DNA of 64,000 nucleotides from Anthoceros angustus (GCA_010909165.1 MU008158.1:2009478-2073477); one strand, 5' to 3'. Positions 13,101 to 27,855 are shown, numbered from the stretch's first letter. Made by a program: numbers and translations. The notes: generated by a model not told the origin, from the sequence alone.

Positions 13101-16100
13101 AATGCCATTTCGCAATGCCCAGATGTGGCATGCCATTTCAAGGGCAAGACCACTTAGCCCCGCCATGCTCCACGGACCATGCATGTGTTAATTTGCTATT
13201 TTTATGCTTTGCCCGTTTCGCATACCACATTGCCTACCGATCCAGATGCGACGATGTCCGCGACCACATTCCGTGGAGCCGTGGTGATGGATGCGGTGGC
13301 CATGGTGTGGGGAGTGGTGGTGCCGGGGCGGCGCGGTGGGGGAGGGAGGAAAGAGGAGAGGAGGAGACTGCGCCATGCCACCGCAACCTGCTTGCCATGC
13401 CACCGCATACTTGTATGCTCCTTGTCAACGTATGCCATTCCTCCATGCATGCCATGTATGGTCCCTATGTTGAAGGCCATGACAATGTCATGGCGACAAC
13501 CCGCCATGAACCAAAGACAATGGCTCCCTATCTCGCATAAACTTGTCTTCCACCGTTGTCCAAGAAAGGTGTGGTGAAGCCATTTAATATTTGAAAAGCC
13601 GTGGCATGGTAGAAAACATGCCATGTCCGGTCGTATTGACACGACGCCCGTTCTCTTTTCGATATCCGCTTCTTCTACACCATTGTGCAAGGACGGTAGG
13701 TGGCACGTGAGAGCCATTCAAGCAAACTAAATGCCCCCATTCATTATGCCATGAATGAAGGACCCAGATGTGAATTTGCCATATATATGCCAATTCGCTG
13801 CTTCTCCCATATAATGATGTGCATCGCTCGAGACTCCTGCCAGTACCACCAATCAAACGTCACATGGCGTAACGTGTCATGTATTCACACCTTGGCAGAC
13901 GCCAATGTGACGGCTCGACGTCACCGCGCCGCATCCGCAAAGGATATCCGACCTTGGGAGACATGACATCTACCTTCGTGTTCGGCTGTTTGCCCGCCAC
14001 CACCGCCTCCATGAATTTACCGCCAACCGTCATCGCGATGGCCGCCATGCCACCGCCATGTCTCCTTTCTCACATGTAAGGAACGGCTGAAATTCAAGAT
14101 CCTCTCATCCGCAACCCGATGTGGCACGGAGGACAAGAGGCTGCCTAAGGTCGTGTTCCGCTTTAAATGTCACCACCTTGCCCTCGCTTCACGCTACTAC
14201 CTTTGTTTTGGTCATCTTCGCATCCGAGGGCGAGCTTGTCTTCCAGTGAAACACGCCTCGCCGTCGCTTACCTTGTGCCTATGACGGACATGTGCAAGTA
14301 TGCCGCAACGAGCTGGCCGAAACCACCGTGGGTATCCACCGGTAGCTCGCAAAGACGAGGCGTGTGTGCATGTCTCCATCTTCACAACTGGAAATACAGA
14401 TGGCCATCAAGGATCATATGGGAATGTTGGGCGCGGTGTCCCCGCCTTCACGGTGGAGTCGCCTCCTTGCTATCCCTCACGGCGTCTTGCTCGGTGGCGG
14501 TGGTTCCTTCTCTAGCGAGGTGGTCCCTTCTACCGGTGCGGGCATGGTGTTCGTGACCGCACACGGTATGGATTGGGTGCCGAGGCGCCGCATGTGAACA
14601 CTTTTGTTTGGCCCTTTTCTCCAACCGCAAGTTCATGCTCAGTGTGAAGGTGTTGTGAATCCGATTTGAGAACCCGCAACATTCCGCCCCTCACCGTGCT
14701 TTGTGGATCATTGCGTGTTTGCACATCGTTGTTGCTGGTGCCGGAAACCGACGATGCCCATCAAGGACGAGGGCTGCAGTTCTCGTCAATGACGATGGCC
14801 ATCAAGGATGATGGACGGAGGTTGCTCTCCTCTTGTCGGCCATCAAGGACCGGTATGGAGTGCCCGCCTTGGCTCTCTGCCCTCGATCGGCATGTCGTGT
14901 GACTAGGGACGGTTTATACCTCACAATGTGGGGTATATGATTACCGTAATTAAATGGGATGGGAAAGTCCTTCTTCTTTGATCACTACGTGTACTTCTCA
15001 TGTCACCCAATAAAACTCGATGACTGTCTGCCTTGGCGGAATGGATGGGTATGGTTTGTGCCCGTCATGCTGACCGACATGACAAGTCACCGCTTGCACG
15101 CCCCTTCCGAGTCACGCGTAATAAACAAAGTATGGTGATTGGTGCTATAGCTCTTTGCCTTCTCCTCCTAGATGCACAAGGCATTCTCTAGATTCCGGTC
15201 CATTGCATACCTCATGGAGAGAATTGGCAAGGATTCACGCCGCAAGAAGTTGAAGGCGAGGGAGATTGAGAGAGAAGGCGATGTACACGCCACCTCCCCG
15301 GGGACCGATCCGCCCCGGGTGATGCGAAGGGCAAGAGGAAAGTGGAGGAGCAATCGCTGTGGCGGCGACGCATCCGGCCGACGGAGTGCCAGTCAAGCCA
15401 CATTTCCTCCATGGGAAGAAGAGGCGAACCGCATTCGGAGCTAATTTCTGCAGAGGCCACGATCCAAGGAGGAGGTTGCAGAAATTGAGTCGCCTGCTTG
15501 GATAGAACAAGCCGATGTGGGGCTTCACGTCCGCGCCACCGTGGTCAAGCTACACACTTCTGAATGGAATTGGGATGCGTTGGACGAGACAAAGATGGAA
15601 CGCACTGCACCGGGTTCGTGCCCTTTCACGGAATGGCGACGCAACATGGGAGTCAGAGAGACTTTGAGACAATGAGCTCAACACTATTCCCGTCAGAGAG
15701 TGGACATGAAGGAGGTTGTTTACACCAAGGGGAAGGCGCCTCCGAACGCTTTGTTCTGCATATGCTTGCTTAAGCTTACGATCAAGGCCGTCGGTCGAAC
15801 TTGGATTGTGTGTAATCAACTTTAAATCAAAACACGCATCCCCAAATGCAATGATCGATACGCGTGTCAACCATCTCGACCGCTGGTGCCGACCACTGCT
15901 AGCCAGTAGCACATCCTCCCTTTCCATTGCAGGTGTCACCCCTACACTACGCCCAATCTCCGGCCCGGGAAGAGTCGGCTACCACGCTTGACATAACGCC
16001 CGGCAGCTTCCACGCCGCTAGCGCTGCATGGCCGCGAACATTGCGTGCATACAGTGGCGTGCTCACCAACCGTGCTCCCTGTCGCCCGCTGAGTTGGGAT

Positions 16101-16299
16101 TGGAAGACGGTGGTGGCTCCTTTGCGCAAATTCGCTTGCTCATGTCCAGGCGCGAGGTTCTTGTCACCCCTGATGCCCCGATGCGTGCATCGTCTCGCGC
16201 TTTGCTCGATCGGCCGACTTACCGCCGAGCCGGGTCATCACGACGCGGATCTCCATAAGGTGTGCGTTTGTGCTTCCATGGTTTCGCAAGCACGTCGTC

Positions 16300-19250
16300 C
16301 CTACGTGTCGTCTGTGTTTATGGGTCATGAAGTCATGATTGCACACCGGGGACGGGGGCGTTCGGATAACGGATGTACCACCTTTGTCGGCCGTGGTTGC
16401 CGTGCCTACCGGATCACGACCGGGAGGATGCCACGAAATGCGGCGGTACATGTATTGTCCCGCCACATGTGTCGCGAGTCAGCTCGTATTCGACACATTT
16501 CAAGAATTCACTGCTGCCACCGCCTGTACCCGCTGTGGCCGTGAGTTCTCTCGCATCAATGGCCAGCAAATGCACTCCAATTCTAGCTTTAAGGTGGCTT
16601 TTTGTCGGCGAGACACGAGCGCATAGAAGAGCGCGCCGTCTTGACGCCTCCGCACACCGGATTCGGATACGGCTCGATGGGTCCGACAGGGAACAGCGGC
16701 CATCCTACCGACCACACTAGTAGTTCCGACGAAAAGTATGGATGAGGGTTCGGAGGTGATGATATGCCCGGCGTACAGGACGAGTCGGAAGCCACGGATG
16801 TTGCAAAGGCGCGGGATGGAGTCCAGATACCGCTTGTCGAGCGGGCGAAACGCCGTTATACCACATTGAAGAGGAAGTCCAATCGAAAGAAAGAAGCGCA
16901 ACATCGGTTGCCTTTGGCAAACGATGTATGACATCGCGTGACGGCACTTTTAAAGCTCTTAAGTGTGGATATTTTGCCGCCCGAACAAGTCAAGGGACAT
17001 GTACGAGGCAAAGTCGTGTACATGTTTGGGCCAAGATACGTGAAAATCCATGCTTGTGAAAAGATTGTATTCTATTCGGGGTGAGTACGTGGCAGCGCCC
17101 ATTGCCCTCAGGCACGCCGCGGTACAAGGAAGGGTTTGATGAGCGAGATGCCCAAGGTCCTCGGCATTTCCTCTAAGACGATTGAAACGCATGTTGAATG
17201 CCGGAAATAGCATGATGATGACTTGGTACGTCGGGAGGCAAAGCGAGAATGGGGACATGTCCATGATGGCGTACACCCCAACATGGAGAGTATTTGATGC
17301 TTGAAGGGTTCGGGATGAACCTCGCAACTTGAGGTTGGCATTATGCATGACGGCTTCAACCCCTTTGGTCACAGTGTCATCAACACGTCCATATGGCTAT
17401 GCTATTCGCTCACAACATGCCTCCGGCTTGCACAAAGGACGCCCATGTCATGCCTCTCATTGTACCAGACCGGGCATGGTAAAAATTTTGATGTTTATAT
17501 GGCGCCCGGTAGAAGAACCGGAAGAGTTGTGGAGAGGGGTGGACATGGAAGACTTTTCAATGTGAACGATCCTAGGAGGCATTTTAGGTGCGAAGGCAAA
17601 TCATTCATTGCCGACTACCTGTTGGGCACCGATCGGATTGCAAGTGAAAGGGACCCGGCGTGTGGATTCGGACTGGATTCCCGCTATTCTCATCAATTAA
17701 AAAGCAGTTTATGTTGGCAACAGGAGGTGGTTGCCCAAGCGATAGCGACGGTGGGAAGACATGGACTGGTACGATGGACGGGCGAACTCCGTCCCCACCT
17801 GTGCCACCAACGCTTTGATGATGTGGTGATGATATGGTACGCAGAGAAGGTGCGCCACCGCCGAGATCCGCAGCGAGGAAATTTTGGAAGCGCGATGTCT
17901 TCGCTTAGGGTGCTCCCATATTGGCCACCTTCTTGTGATGGCGCCAAAGGATGTCATGCACGTGGAAAAGAACAATGCAGAGGCCATATGGCACACTTTG
18001 ACGAGCGAGACGACCTAGCATCAAGGATGGACATGGAAGCCAATGGAGGGAAAAGGTGGTTGTGGCGGTAGGAGAGGATCGCCATTGCCCCGAGGCGCCT
18101 TACGCTTTGGCGAAAGACGACCTCACAAGTCATAGAGAGAATTAAACGCATAAAGCTGCCACAGCTATGGGTCTAACATAGGAGCGAAATTAGAGGGGGC
18201 AAAGTGGGCTTGAAGTGCCATGATCGCACATCATGCTGGAAATCATCTTCCCATCGTCCTTCGGGGTGCATAGACCCGATACAAGGCGGTTGTGAAATTG
18301 GGTCGATCAGACAGATGGATTTGCCACGGACAATACCGGATTCAAGCACAACGAGAAGAGGTCATGCGGGTGATGTGCTCTGGAAAAGCAATTCCTCCAA
18401 AGGTCTTTGATATATCAACCCACCTCATAATACATTTAGTGGACGAGGTGATTGCCTGGGCAGCACACTGTGGATGTACCGTGGAGAGATACTTAGGATC
18501 CGAGGAAAGGCGCCAAATACAAACCGAGTCCATAGCCGGTATATGAGAGAGGAGAGTATGCATTTCGGCATGTCATTCCTCCGCATTATGGTCACGTCGG
18601 TGGATCATGGAGTCCCGAGTGTGGGAGAAAAGCTGTTGGGTGTCCGTCTGCACAATGGATGCTTGAGGTGCGCCACTTATGTGTGTATCACACGAAGGTG
18701 ATGCAGCCTTTTGGACATGTACGACGAAGAGGTGAGGATGTACGGTGCACATGAGGAACGGCAAGTTTCAAGAGGTGGGTGCACAAGAAGGGGTGGCGCT
18801 TGGGAGGCATCCTGCTATGACCCACGAGTGAGGGCTATAATGGATGGCCCGCTTGCAAGCAGCACGGCACATAGTCACATGTGGAACAAAGGCAGCACCG
18901 TAGGGAGGCGACAACGGCGGAGCACAAAAGATAGTGCAAAGAAAGTTTATCATGGGTGGGACAGGGGCCGGGGAGCTCAAGAGGAGCGTCTTCTACGGCC
19001 ACATAGAGCAACATCGCGGATGCGCTTCGAGGAGTATAATCCTTGAAGGTTGGATGGTACGAGTGTCGGCCGAGGGGACAAGGCCATCGCCGAAGTCGTA
19101 CACGGGTTTGACCTTGTGAATACCGAGAAGGTTTGCAGTGTGGTGCACTCCATCGATGGTCCATTTGTGTGGCCATCGCAGTAACTCGGCATGATGCATC
19201 CGGAGGCGTGGATGGAACAGGGTGGGCCTTGGCCGTGCCTACTCCGGGGA
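16300..19250 (+). pseudogene. CACTA transposase (TnpD: Tnp2/Transposase_21 + DUF4218 + DUF4216-like), frameshifted
   Basis: DEPRNLRLALC.DGFNPFG (~17315-17370), DVMHVEKN (~17950), GLKCHD (~18207), VFDISTHLIIHLVDEV (~18400), VFYGHIE (~18990). Confidence 0.93.
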
Positions 19251-19599
19251 TGGAGAGAGGAGGAACCCATGCTGGGCACATAGATTGTGGCATGTCGTTT
19301 GAGTAGCTGAACGGATGGGCAAAACCAAGATGCCAAGTGGCATTAAAGTATTTCCAAACAAACAAGCACGATCCAATGGCGGAATGTGCCAATACCCAAG
19401 TGACGTGTGGGAATGGTCGAGGAAGTCGATGATTAAGTTAAAATGGAGTAATGGGGCATTGAGAGCGCTGCGCCATTTGGGCAATATCATACATCACGAG
19501 TAACGCAACGTAACCAATGGGACATGAAAATTGCTCCACGGCCGAGGTTGTGGTCGAAATGTGATTATGGGCAAGTAGCAAGTGCACAGGCGTACTGGT

Positions 19600-22300
19600 C
19601 CCGCCGATAGCGAATGACCACCGCCGCCTTTGCAAACAAGCTTTTCAAAATGGCCGCCTTGAATGCAGGACTCATGGCCCGCGCTCACCGAGAGGGAAGC
19701 CATTGCCTCAAAGATGGAACGGCGGTGGACAACCGTTCACAAGGTGGAGAGTATGGCCACCGAGGCTTGCCGAGTCGCGAGGCGCTGCGAACACCAGCCG
19801 GGCGGCGCGGCCGACGGCGCCGACGATGGACCGACCGGGTGGGGAGGATGGGGGCAACCGCCTCGGCCGTCGCTCATCCCCCGCACCCAGGGTCATTCGA
19901 CATCGCGACCAAGAAGCCTCTCATCAAGACGGCCGCGAAGGTAAGAGGCGAGGGCGATGAACAGGAGTTGATTTTGACGACGCCGAGATGAACCTCCCAC
20001 CGACGGATGCGAGTTGGAGCATTGCGTAAGAATTGAACGACATAGAGGAGGAGCTACGCTTGATGAGGTTGGTTGTCGCGAGTCGATTTAACGGCAAGTG
20101 ATGCCGGCAAAGTGTGTGCACACTTTGCCGCAAGACGCCGCAAAGTGTGCACTCAAGTTTGCGCGGGTGAGTGGGCATGGTGGACAAACGGTAACACAGA
20201 GCACCGGCATGCTGGCGGTGTTTAAGCATGGGGACAAGGGAGGCAACCTTCGAGGGCGGCGGTGGCGGATTGCAAGAAGGGAAAGTGGAATCGGAAGGGC
20301 CGGACAAAGCAGATGAGCCGACGACGACGTGCACTTGATCTCGAATGGCGCAATCAATTTCGCAAGGGGTGGTGTTCTAACCGCGTGATGACAGCGGTCC
20401 GATACCGGGCGCGAGTGGTGGACAACGATGCCGTTAAAGCCTTGATAAACAAGCATGGGGTGAAATGGTCAAGGAGGCCATGCAAACCACATGAAGTGTG
20501 GGGAGGGACTCGGTTGTTCGCGAAAGGCAAGGCACGAATCTGGTACCGTGAGGACGGTTGTGAATGAACTCGGTACCCGGCAAGATGGCGGGACGTTCGA
20601 AAGAAGAGAAAGCACGGTTAGTGAAACTGGTTCCATTCCCTGCACCGTGGTCAAGTCCAAAGATAAGCCGACACTCGCATGACGCGGACACGCAATTCTC
20701 GATGTGGAAGTGCAGCGCTAGAGGAAATGGTAGAGGGGAGGACATGGGGAAGAAACCGAGCATGGTGGATGACGAAGAGTGGGAAGATGCACTTGCATGG
20801 GCTCGGATGGAGTTGAAGAGGAACGGGAAGTTTGAGCCATCAAGCACGAAATCGCAGCAAAAGAGAGGCTAGCCAAAACGGGGATGGGTCCAAACCCATG
20901 GGGAAAGGGAGGGCTGGCCGGGTGGTGAGGTTTGAGAATCAAGATGGGCGGTTTCCAACGGAAGAAGAGGCAGAGTATGGGAGGTTGAAGAGGACGATTT
21001 CCATGCACTGTGGGCGGTCCGATAGTGGGGTTCTGCGAGTTCCTACATGGTAAGGCGAGTGTATGACAAGACACCGTAGATTCGCCATTGCAAGGAGAAC
21101 AAGGAAATGACCATTTTGCTTAATGACATTGAATTGGAGATGGATCCGATATGGTGGCCTTCCGAGGCGACGGAAGGAAGGGGTGGAGGCGCAGTGCACG
21201 TGGTGGCGTGGACGGGAGAGGCTAGGAAGGAATGCAGATGGCAAGGGGCTTGGGGAGGAGGAGAGGAGGCGGGCACAACGTATTGGAAGGGGGAAAGGCG
21301 ACGATGAAACAAGAGTGAAGTGGAGACGGGCCACGCACATGAGGGCGCAAGGTGAGGGAGGCAGAGGGGGAAACGACAGATTTAATTGTGGTGCCGCGAC
21401 ACCACGATCGCCTGTGTTTGGTGGAAGCTGCATGCCTGGGAATGGTGTGATTGGAGGCAGGGCGACGAGGTCACGTGGGCAGCAAGCAACAGCTGGAGAA
21501 GAGGTGGAGGAGTGCCCGAGACCGGAAGGTGACGGCCATGTTTGCGGAGGGTGGAGGCCGTTGGGATCGGATGGAGACGACGCTGAATGGTGAACAATGA
21601 GTGTGGAGGGCGAGTCGGGTGGTGGACCAGAGGGGGGCAACCGATCCGTCAGAGGAAACACACTTGTGTGCACGGTGATGCCCAAAAACGAGGGGAGTAG
21701 GAGGAGCGGGCGGGGACGGACAAAGTGGATCACCCAGCAGCATCCATGCTGGGCGGCCAAAAGGCACTAGCATGAGGCGATGTCGGGGAGAGAGAATGAA
21801 GGAGGTTCAAGAGGGCATCATGCGTGCGCCTTTGATATGGGCAAAGGCGGTACGATGCAAGGGGACAGGACGGGGACGCTGCGATAATGTGGACGATCCA
21901 AGAGGCAGTGAAGAGGACGATGTGCCTAATTTCGTGCGGACACATATCTTGCAGCCTCGCCGAGAGCATGGACCTACATAGTGGAGCCCTGAGTTGAGGC
22001 AACGCCACCGCGATAAAGGGTGGCGGAGGAAAAGAGGAGGAGGAGGAGAGGCGGCAGCGTGGGCAGTAAAGGGCACGGCATAGGAAGAAGGACGGACGAG
22101 GAAACTGCCCACCAAGGCGTAAGATACGAGGAGGGACCGAGGAAGGTAAGGCAAATGGTCACTATGGTGATTGGTACACCCATTAACGTTGGGTAACTCA
22201 TGATCTATGCCGGTTTGTATGTGCAACGTGCCGAAGGCGTGGAGGGAAGCGTAAGTGGCAAAGCTTGCCTCCAACGCAAGTGGAGGGGAAGAAGAAAATT
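19600..22300 (+). pseudogene. Probable second (TnpA-like) ORF of the CCCTA element, fragmented
   Basis: Purine-rich coding-like fragments downstream of TnpD in the usual CACTA position; no diagnostic motif recognised. Confidence 0.35.
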
Positions 22301-22840
22301 GGGAATCGAACGGAGGGCGGAAGTTTCGAGGTGCATACGATGACGAGTAGGAAGTGCCTTACATGGAGGCGTAAAAGCAGCATACCAAAACCTCCTCCGC
22401 ACAAAGACAATCTTGTAGGGGCATAACCTCTGTGATGCGTCACAATAAGGTGATAGGTGGGGACCATGGGAAGTTGGCTATGGTGACGTGAAGGACAAAC
22501 CGCACGCCGCATGCTATAAAGTAGGGGTAGAAAGAGCCGCGCTATTTACACGTATAGTAAATACATAGTACCGCATCATGAATATGTATGCAGGTACGTA
22601 TGGAATACGATAGTATACAAACTTATTTTATATGAAATTGAATACGCCCTTATAGCACTTAGAATAATATATTACATTTATCACGTAGACTACATGTGTA
22701 TAGTATAAGGATGTATTCGCATGTATTTATATATGGTCGTATTGAAGGGCATTGGCGTAACTACCAAGTAAAACGTGGTATTGCAAGGGCAAAAGTAAAA
22801 GGAAAATAGTGGATGGGGAGGAGGTTCGGTCAAGCCTCCA

Positions 22841-22872
22841 AAAGTGTTACAAGACCTCTCTTGTAACACTTT
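22841..22872. repeat. Perfect 14-bp-arm inverted repeat built from the CCCTA subterminal motif
   Basis: AAAGTGTTACAAGA-cctc-TCTTGTAACACTTT, followed by two TGTTGCA motifs. Confidence 0.85.
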
Positions 22873-22913
22873 AGATGTTGCAATCATGTTGCAATTTTGA
22901 GAGAGGGCAAAAC

Positions 22914-23155
22914 TGTAAGGGTATTAAAGCCCAATGTACTTAGACTAATACACTTAGTCTAAGTTAGGTGCTCATATCATTAGTTTAGCTTAAGCTAATC
23001 ACTAGGAAGCTTCTTGTGCTCCTTCCTAGGAGCTTCTTGTGGAGCTTCCTAGGAGTTCTTGAGGGTATAACCTCCAAGCCTCATCTCAATGTGAGAGAGC
23101 TCTTTGCCTCCTCCTCTCCTCCTTCCACCAAAGATGGCTGCCCCACCATCCTTCA
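22914..23155 (+). repeat. 5' LTR of copia element 2
   Basis: TGTAAGGGTATTAAAGCCC...CCTTCA, near-identical to 27898-28151. Confidence 0.95.
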
Positions 23156-23157
23156 AC

Positions 23158-23170
23158 CGGTATCGAGCCA
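23158..23170 (+). other. Primer binding site (tRNA-iMet type, degenerate)
   Basis: CGGTATCGAGCC two bases after the LTR versus consensus TGGTATCAGAGC. Confidence 0.8.
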
Positions 23171-23249
23171 TGGTTTGGTGTTGTGATGCTAGAATTTTCT
23201 AGTCGCAGGGCCGAAGCAGCTCGTGGAATTGCGGGTGATCCAGATCGCG

Positions 23250-24060
23250 GCGAGGGGCCGCGAGCGCCGCAGAGCCGCGAGCGGATGAGGCCGTGAGCGA
23301 GGCAAGACCGCGAGCACGGGCCGCGGACACGTGCGGCCGCGGGCGCGGGAGCGCGCAGCCGCGGGCGCGCGCGACGGCGCTGCCGCCAGCCGCCGGACGC
23401 GGCGGCCAGGGCCGCGGGGCGGAGCGCGCGCGCAGCGCGCTGGGCGGAGGCGCCGCCCGGCCGCGGGCCGCGCCTGGCGCGGGCGCGCGCCGCGGGCCGC
23501 CGCGGGCGCGCGCGCGGGCAGGCGCCTGGGCCAGCGCGGCGGCGCGCAGCGCTGGCGGCCAGGGCGCCGCGGGCGCTGGCGGCGCGGCGCCCGCAGGGCG
23601 CGCGGCGCGCGCCGCGGGCGCGCGCCGCGGTGGCGGGCGCAGCCGCTGGGCCTGCAGGCGCGCGCCGGCAGCGCGGGCGCGTGCCTGGGCCTGCAGGGCG
23701 CGGGCGCCTGGCCGCGCGGCGCGGGCGCCCGCAGGCCAGCGCGGGCGCGCTGGGCGCGGGCGCGCAGGGCGCGGCGCGCCCGGGCGCGGCGCTGGGGCGG
23801 GCGCCGCAGGCGCCGCAGGGCGCGGGCGCCGCAGGGCCCGCAGGCGCGGGCGCGCGCGGCGCGGGCCGCGGCGCGCAGTGGCGCGGGCGCGGCGGCGCGC
23901 AGGCGCGGGCGCCGCCGCGCGGGTGCGATCGCGGCCGCGGGCGTGGCCGTGGTCAGGCGCGGGCGCGGAGTGGCCGGCGGGTGGCTGCGGCGGGCGCTGG
24001 CGTCGCAAGTGCGCCGCGTGACGGGCGTCGACGGGCGCAGACGTAATGAGCCAACGCCGC
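23250..24060. repeat. Extremely GC-rich low-complexity tract in the copia 5' leader
   Basis: Iterated GGGCGCG/GCGCGG/GCAGG units with very few A/T, between the PBS and gag. Confidence 0.9.
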
Positions 24061-24189
24061 GGTGAGCGTAAAATTCGCAACGATTCGGATTACTCGAATA
24101 AATAACGCAAATACAGACCGCATTTGATCGCTTTCTTTGACTTTTCTAACAAGGCGAGTTGAGTGTTTAATCAGACGATTTTTGAGTCA

Positions 24190-27100
24190 TGATGTCTTCA
24201 TGCCGAAAACGTCATGTTCAATATCGAGAAGTTAGATGGTACTAACTTCCCGCTCGGAAAGAACAAGTGTATAATGTTCTAGTGCGTAAAAGCGATCAAG
24301 CCCATAAAGTTGTTAGGCGTCAAACCGATAGTATGACTGTGATGAGTGGCGGACTGGATGAGCTTGCTAGATCTACTATCATGCTAACATTGTCAAAAGC
24401 AGTACTTCAATGTGAAAGATAAGACCACGAGTTACGGACGGCGTAAGTGTGACTGTATGAGAAGCAAAGTGCGGCTTCGTGTATTGGTTGAAACAAATGG
24501 TGGACTTGAAGATGAAGGAAGGGACGAGGATGTCCGATCATCCGAATGATTTCAATACCATTTTCAGCGCTCTCATCTCAAGGTATCACGTTCCCAGTTC
24601 GTGAGAGCTATGTTTCTGGTCACATTACGAGAGTTGGGATACCTTTCGCATGCCTCCGAGTAATCGCCTCGCTAGTGGTCTTACCATTGTAAATGTAGTA
24701 GCCTGTTAACCGAGGAGGTGAACAGAAAACATGGAACCTTCCAAAGGTTCCAAAGTGCCCTCATAGTGAGAGGGAGGTCCACCGCGGGGGAAGCAACCGG
24801 ATGTAAGCTTCTCTCGTAGCAAATCTCGTAGTCGTAATAAGAATGTGGAGTGTCACTATTGTCACAAAGGGTCACTTAAAAAGAGAGTGCGAAGTTCAAA
24901 AGGACCAAGGAAAAGAGAAGAAGCGGACGACAAGAAGGCGACTTGTCACGTTGGAAGAGTTAAACTCGTTGAGGACGGAGATGTCCTTATCTCTTCTTAC
25001 TTGAATGCCGCATAATTAATACCGTGGATAGTCATTTATTCCGCAATTGGATAATTGACTCGGTGCATCTTTCCATGTTACTCCGCATAGAGAGTGGTTT
25101 AACACGTATGATGCTACAAGGAAAGGATGCGTTAGGCTTGGAAATAACTATGCATGATCGCAGCGAGGTGATGTGCAACTCAAGTTTGACAACGGATCTT
25201 CATTCATAAGGACGTTAGGCATGTTCAAGTTGACAAAGAGCATGATTAGCGCAGATGCTTGGATGATCGGTTACCACTGGTTTGGGGATCACTCTTGGAA
25301 GATCTCCAAAGGTTCTCTTGTGTTAGCTCGTGGATCAAGTGTGGCACTTTGTACTCACTTCGTGTAAACATCCAAAGATCATGTGATCGTGACAGAGCCC
25401 AAATGTTTCCTTGTGGCATTGCCTAGGACATATGTCTCGAAGGGAATGAAGGTTTTATCTCGCTCGTTATATCCTCGTTAACTTCTCCGATCTCGATGTG
25501 TGAGCACTGCTTATATGGGAAATGACAAAATCATCACATCGAACACGAGGTAAAAGTAGAAGTAAACCTCTTGAGTTGGTTCACGATGTATGTGGACCTA
25601 TGCCTCTGCATCATTAGGCGGTGCCTTATTTTGTCACTTTCATAGATGATTTCTCACGCAAGGTGTGGGTTTATCCTTTGAGGAAAAGGATGAAGTTCGA
25701 CGTTTTAAATTTGTCACCCTTGTAGAGAATCACCGCCACCGATTGAAGTGTCTAAGGAGATAATGGTGGCGAGTATGTTCGAAAGCTTTCGGTCATTCGT
25801 GATTCCAAGGGAATCAAAAGAGAATTGATCGCCAGATACTCCTCCACAAAATGGTGTACGAGGGATGAATGAACCATTCGAGAGGATGTAGTTTGTTGTC
25901 AAACTCGATTGCCTAATGGGTTTTGGGCGTATGTGTTCATCTGCTCATCTTATTAAGATCTCCTAATAAAGTTGATGAGGTGTTCGAGGAGCTATGGTCC
26001 GGAAAGAAACCATCCTACAAGCATCTGCGAGTGTTTCGTGAGGCAGCCATGTTCCAAAAGAGTTTCGGGACAAGTTGGCACCTAAGTCCAAGAAATGTAT
26101 TTTTCTTGGCTATGGTGATTCCGTGAGATGGGATACCGCTTTGTGGGATCCAGAGGCTAGAAAGGTTGTACTAACGACGTGTTCTTCAATGAGAACAAGA
26201 TGCAGGAAGCCTACTCCAACCGTGGAGGTGCGAAGGGTGATCTTCCAAGAAGATGGACATGATCAAGGTGTTGAGTGTGCAGTGAGCATTCCTCCATCGA
26301 GAGATGAACCAAGAGTCGAACAAGCTCCTATAGAGGTGCCTGTAGGGTCGCAGATTACACGACCTCCGGCGGTATGATCCATCTCGGATTATGTTACGCC
26401 GACAGATTGGAACCCTCTTCTTACAAGAGGCTCACAACGAGTAACAAAGAAGTGGGAGAAGGCCATGCGAAATGAATTGCATAAGAACCAAACTTGGGAG
26501 TTGGTTCCGTTTAAGGATAAGAACTACCGCAAATGGGTGTACAAGATGAAGGTCATACCGCTTGATGGCAAACCAAAGTACAAGGCCGATGGTTGCTAAG
26601 GGTTTCAAGCAACAACGTGCATTGACTTTGATGAGATTTTCTCACCGAGTCAAAATGACAACTTTGCGATGTGTTCTTGCTTTGGTTGCGATGATATGGA
26701 ACTTGCAGATGGATGTCAAGACGGCATTCTTGCATGGTGACCTTCAAGAGGACGTCTACATGCAGAACCAAGGTTTTGTTGAGAAGGGCAAAGAGCATCC
26801 GTGTGCGGAGGAAGAGCCTTTATGGTTTGAAACAGCACCCGAGAGTGGTATCACAAGTTCCACTCATTTATGCTTTCTCAAGGCTACAAACGTAGCGATG
26901 AGGATCATTGCCTCTATACGAAGCAAGCTAAGGATCAAAGCTTGCTCATTTTGATCCTCTATGTGGATGATATGCTAATTCGCAAGATCGATGAGATTTC
27001 ATTGAAGTCAAAGTTGAATGCTCACTTTGAAATGAGACTTGGGAGAGGCGAGCCATATACTTGGCATGCGATTCGTGAACATAAGCGCGTCGCTTTATTT

Positions 27101-27855
27101 GTCTCATTTTAATACATTAAGGTGCTTCAACGCTTCAACATGGAGAAGGGAAGCCATTGGGTACCCATTGCCTCCATATGTGAAACTTTCAAGCGCGGAT
27201 TGCCCAAGCTCGAGGAGGACAAAGTGAAATGGAGAAGGTCCCATACTCATCACCGTAGGGAGTTTGATGTATGCAATGATTGCTACACGCCCCGACATTG
27301 CCTTTGCGGGGGAGTGGTTAGTGTTTATGTCAAACCCGCAAGAAGCATTGGGAGGCGAAAAAGGAGTTATGAGGTATCCGAATGGTACAAAAGCTTTGTG
27401 CATATGTTTTGGTAGTGAAGATGCATGTGTTGGGGGCACATGTCGATTATGCGGTGGGATATGGACAAAAGGAGGTCCACATCAGTTATGTCTTCACGCA
27501 CGGAGGGGCGTCATGGCGATCTCTTGGTCGTGCATTACGCTATCTACCACGAGGCCGAGTATGTTGCAAAGAATCGAGGCTTGCAAGGAAGCCATATGGC
27601 TTGCTCGTTTAGTGGGAGACTTGGGGATCAAGGTTGAGCCTGTTGCATTGTGATAGCAGTGCTATCCAATTGGCAAAGAATCCGTGTTTCATGCGAAGAC
27701 TAAACATGTGGATGTGAAGTATCACTTCATTCGAGAGGTGTTGGACGACAAGAGGGTACAACTTGTCAAGGTTCACACACCCGAACCGCAGATATTCTTA
27801 CCAAGGGACTCTACAGCAATTTGCACAAGCTCTGGACATCGATGGGCATGAGATA
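24190..27855 (+). pseudogene. copia gag-pol polyprotein (frameshifted)
   Basis: NIEKLDGTNF (gag), ECHYCHK.GH (Zn knuckle), WIIDS (PR), LWH.LGHMS and DVCGP (INT), [12 protein letters not shown] and YVDDML (RT), KTKHVDVKYHFIRE (RH). Confidence 0.95.

Noticed and set aside
23199-24080. Long Ala/Arg/Gly/Pro ORFs on both strands
   Set aside because: The near-pure G/C tract cannot contain stop codons; it is a copia leader, not a gene.
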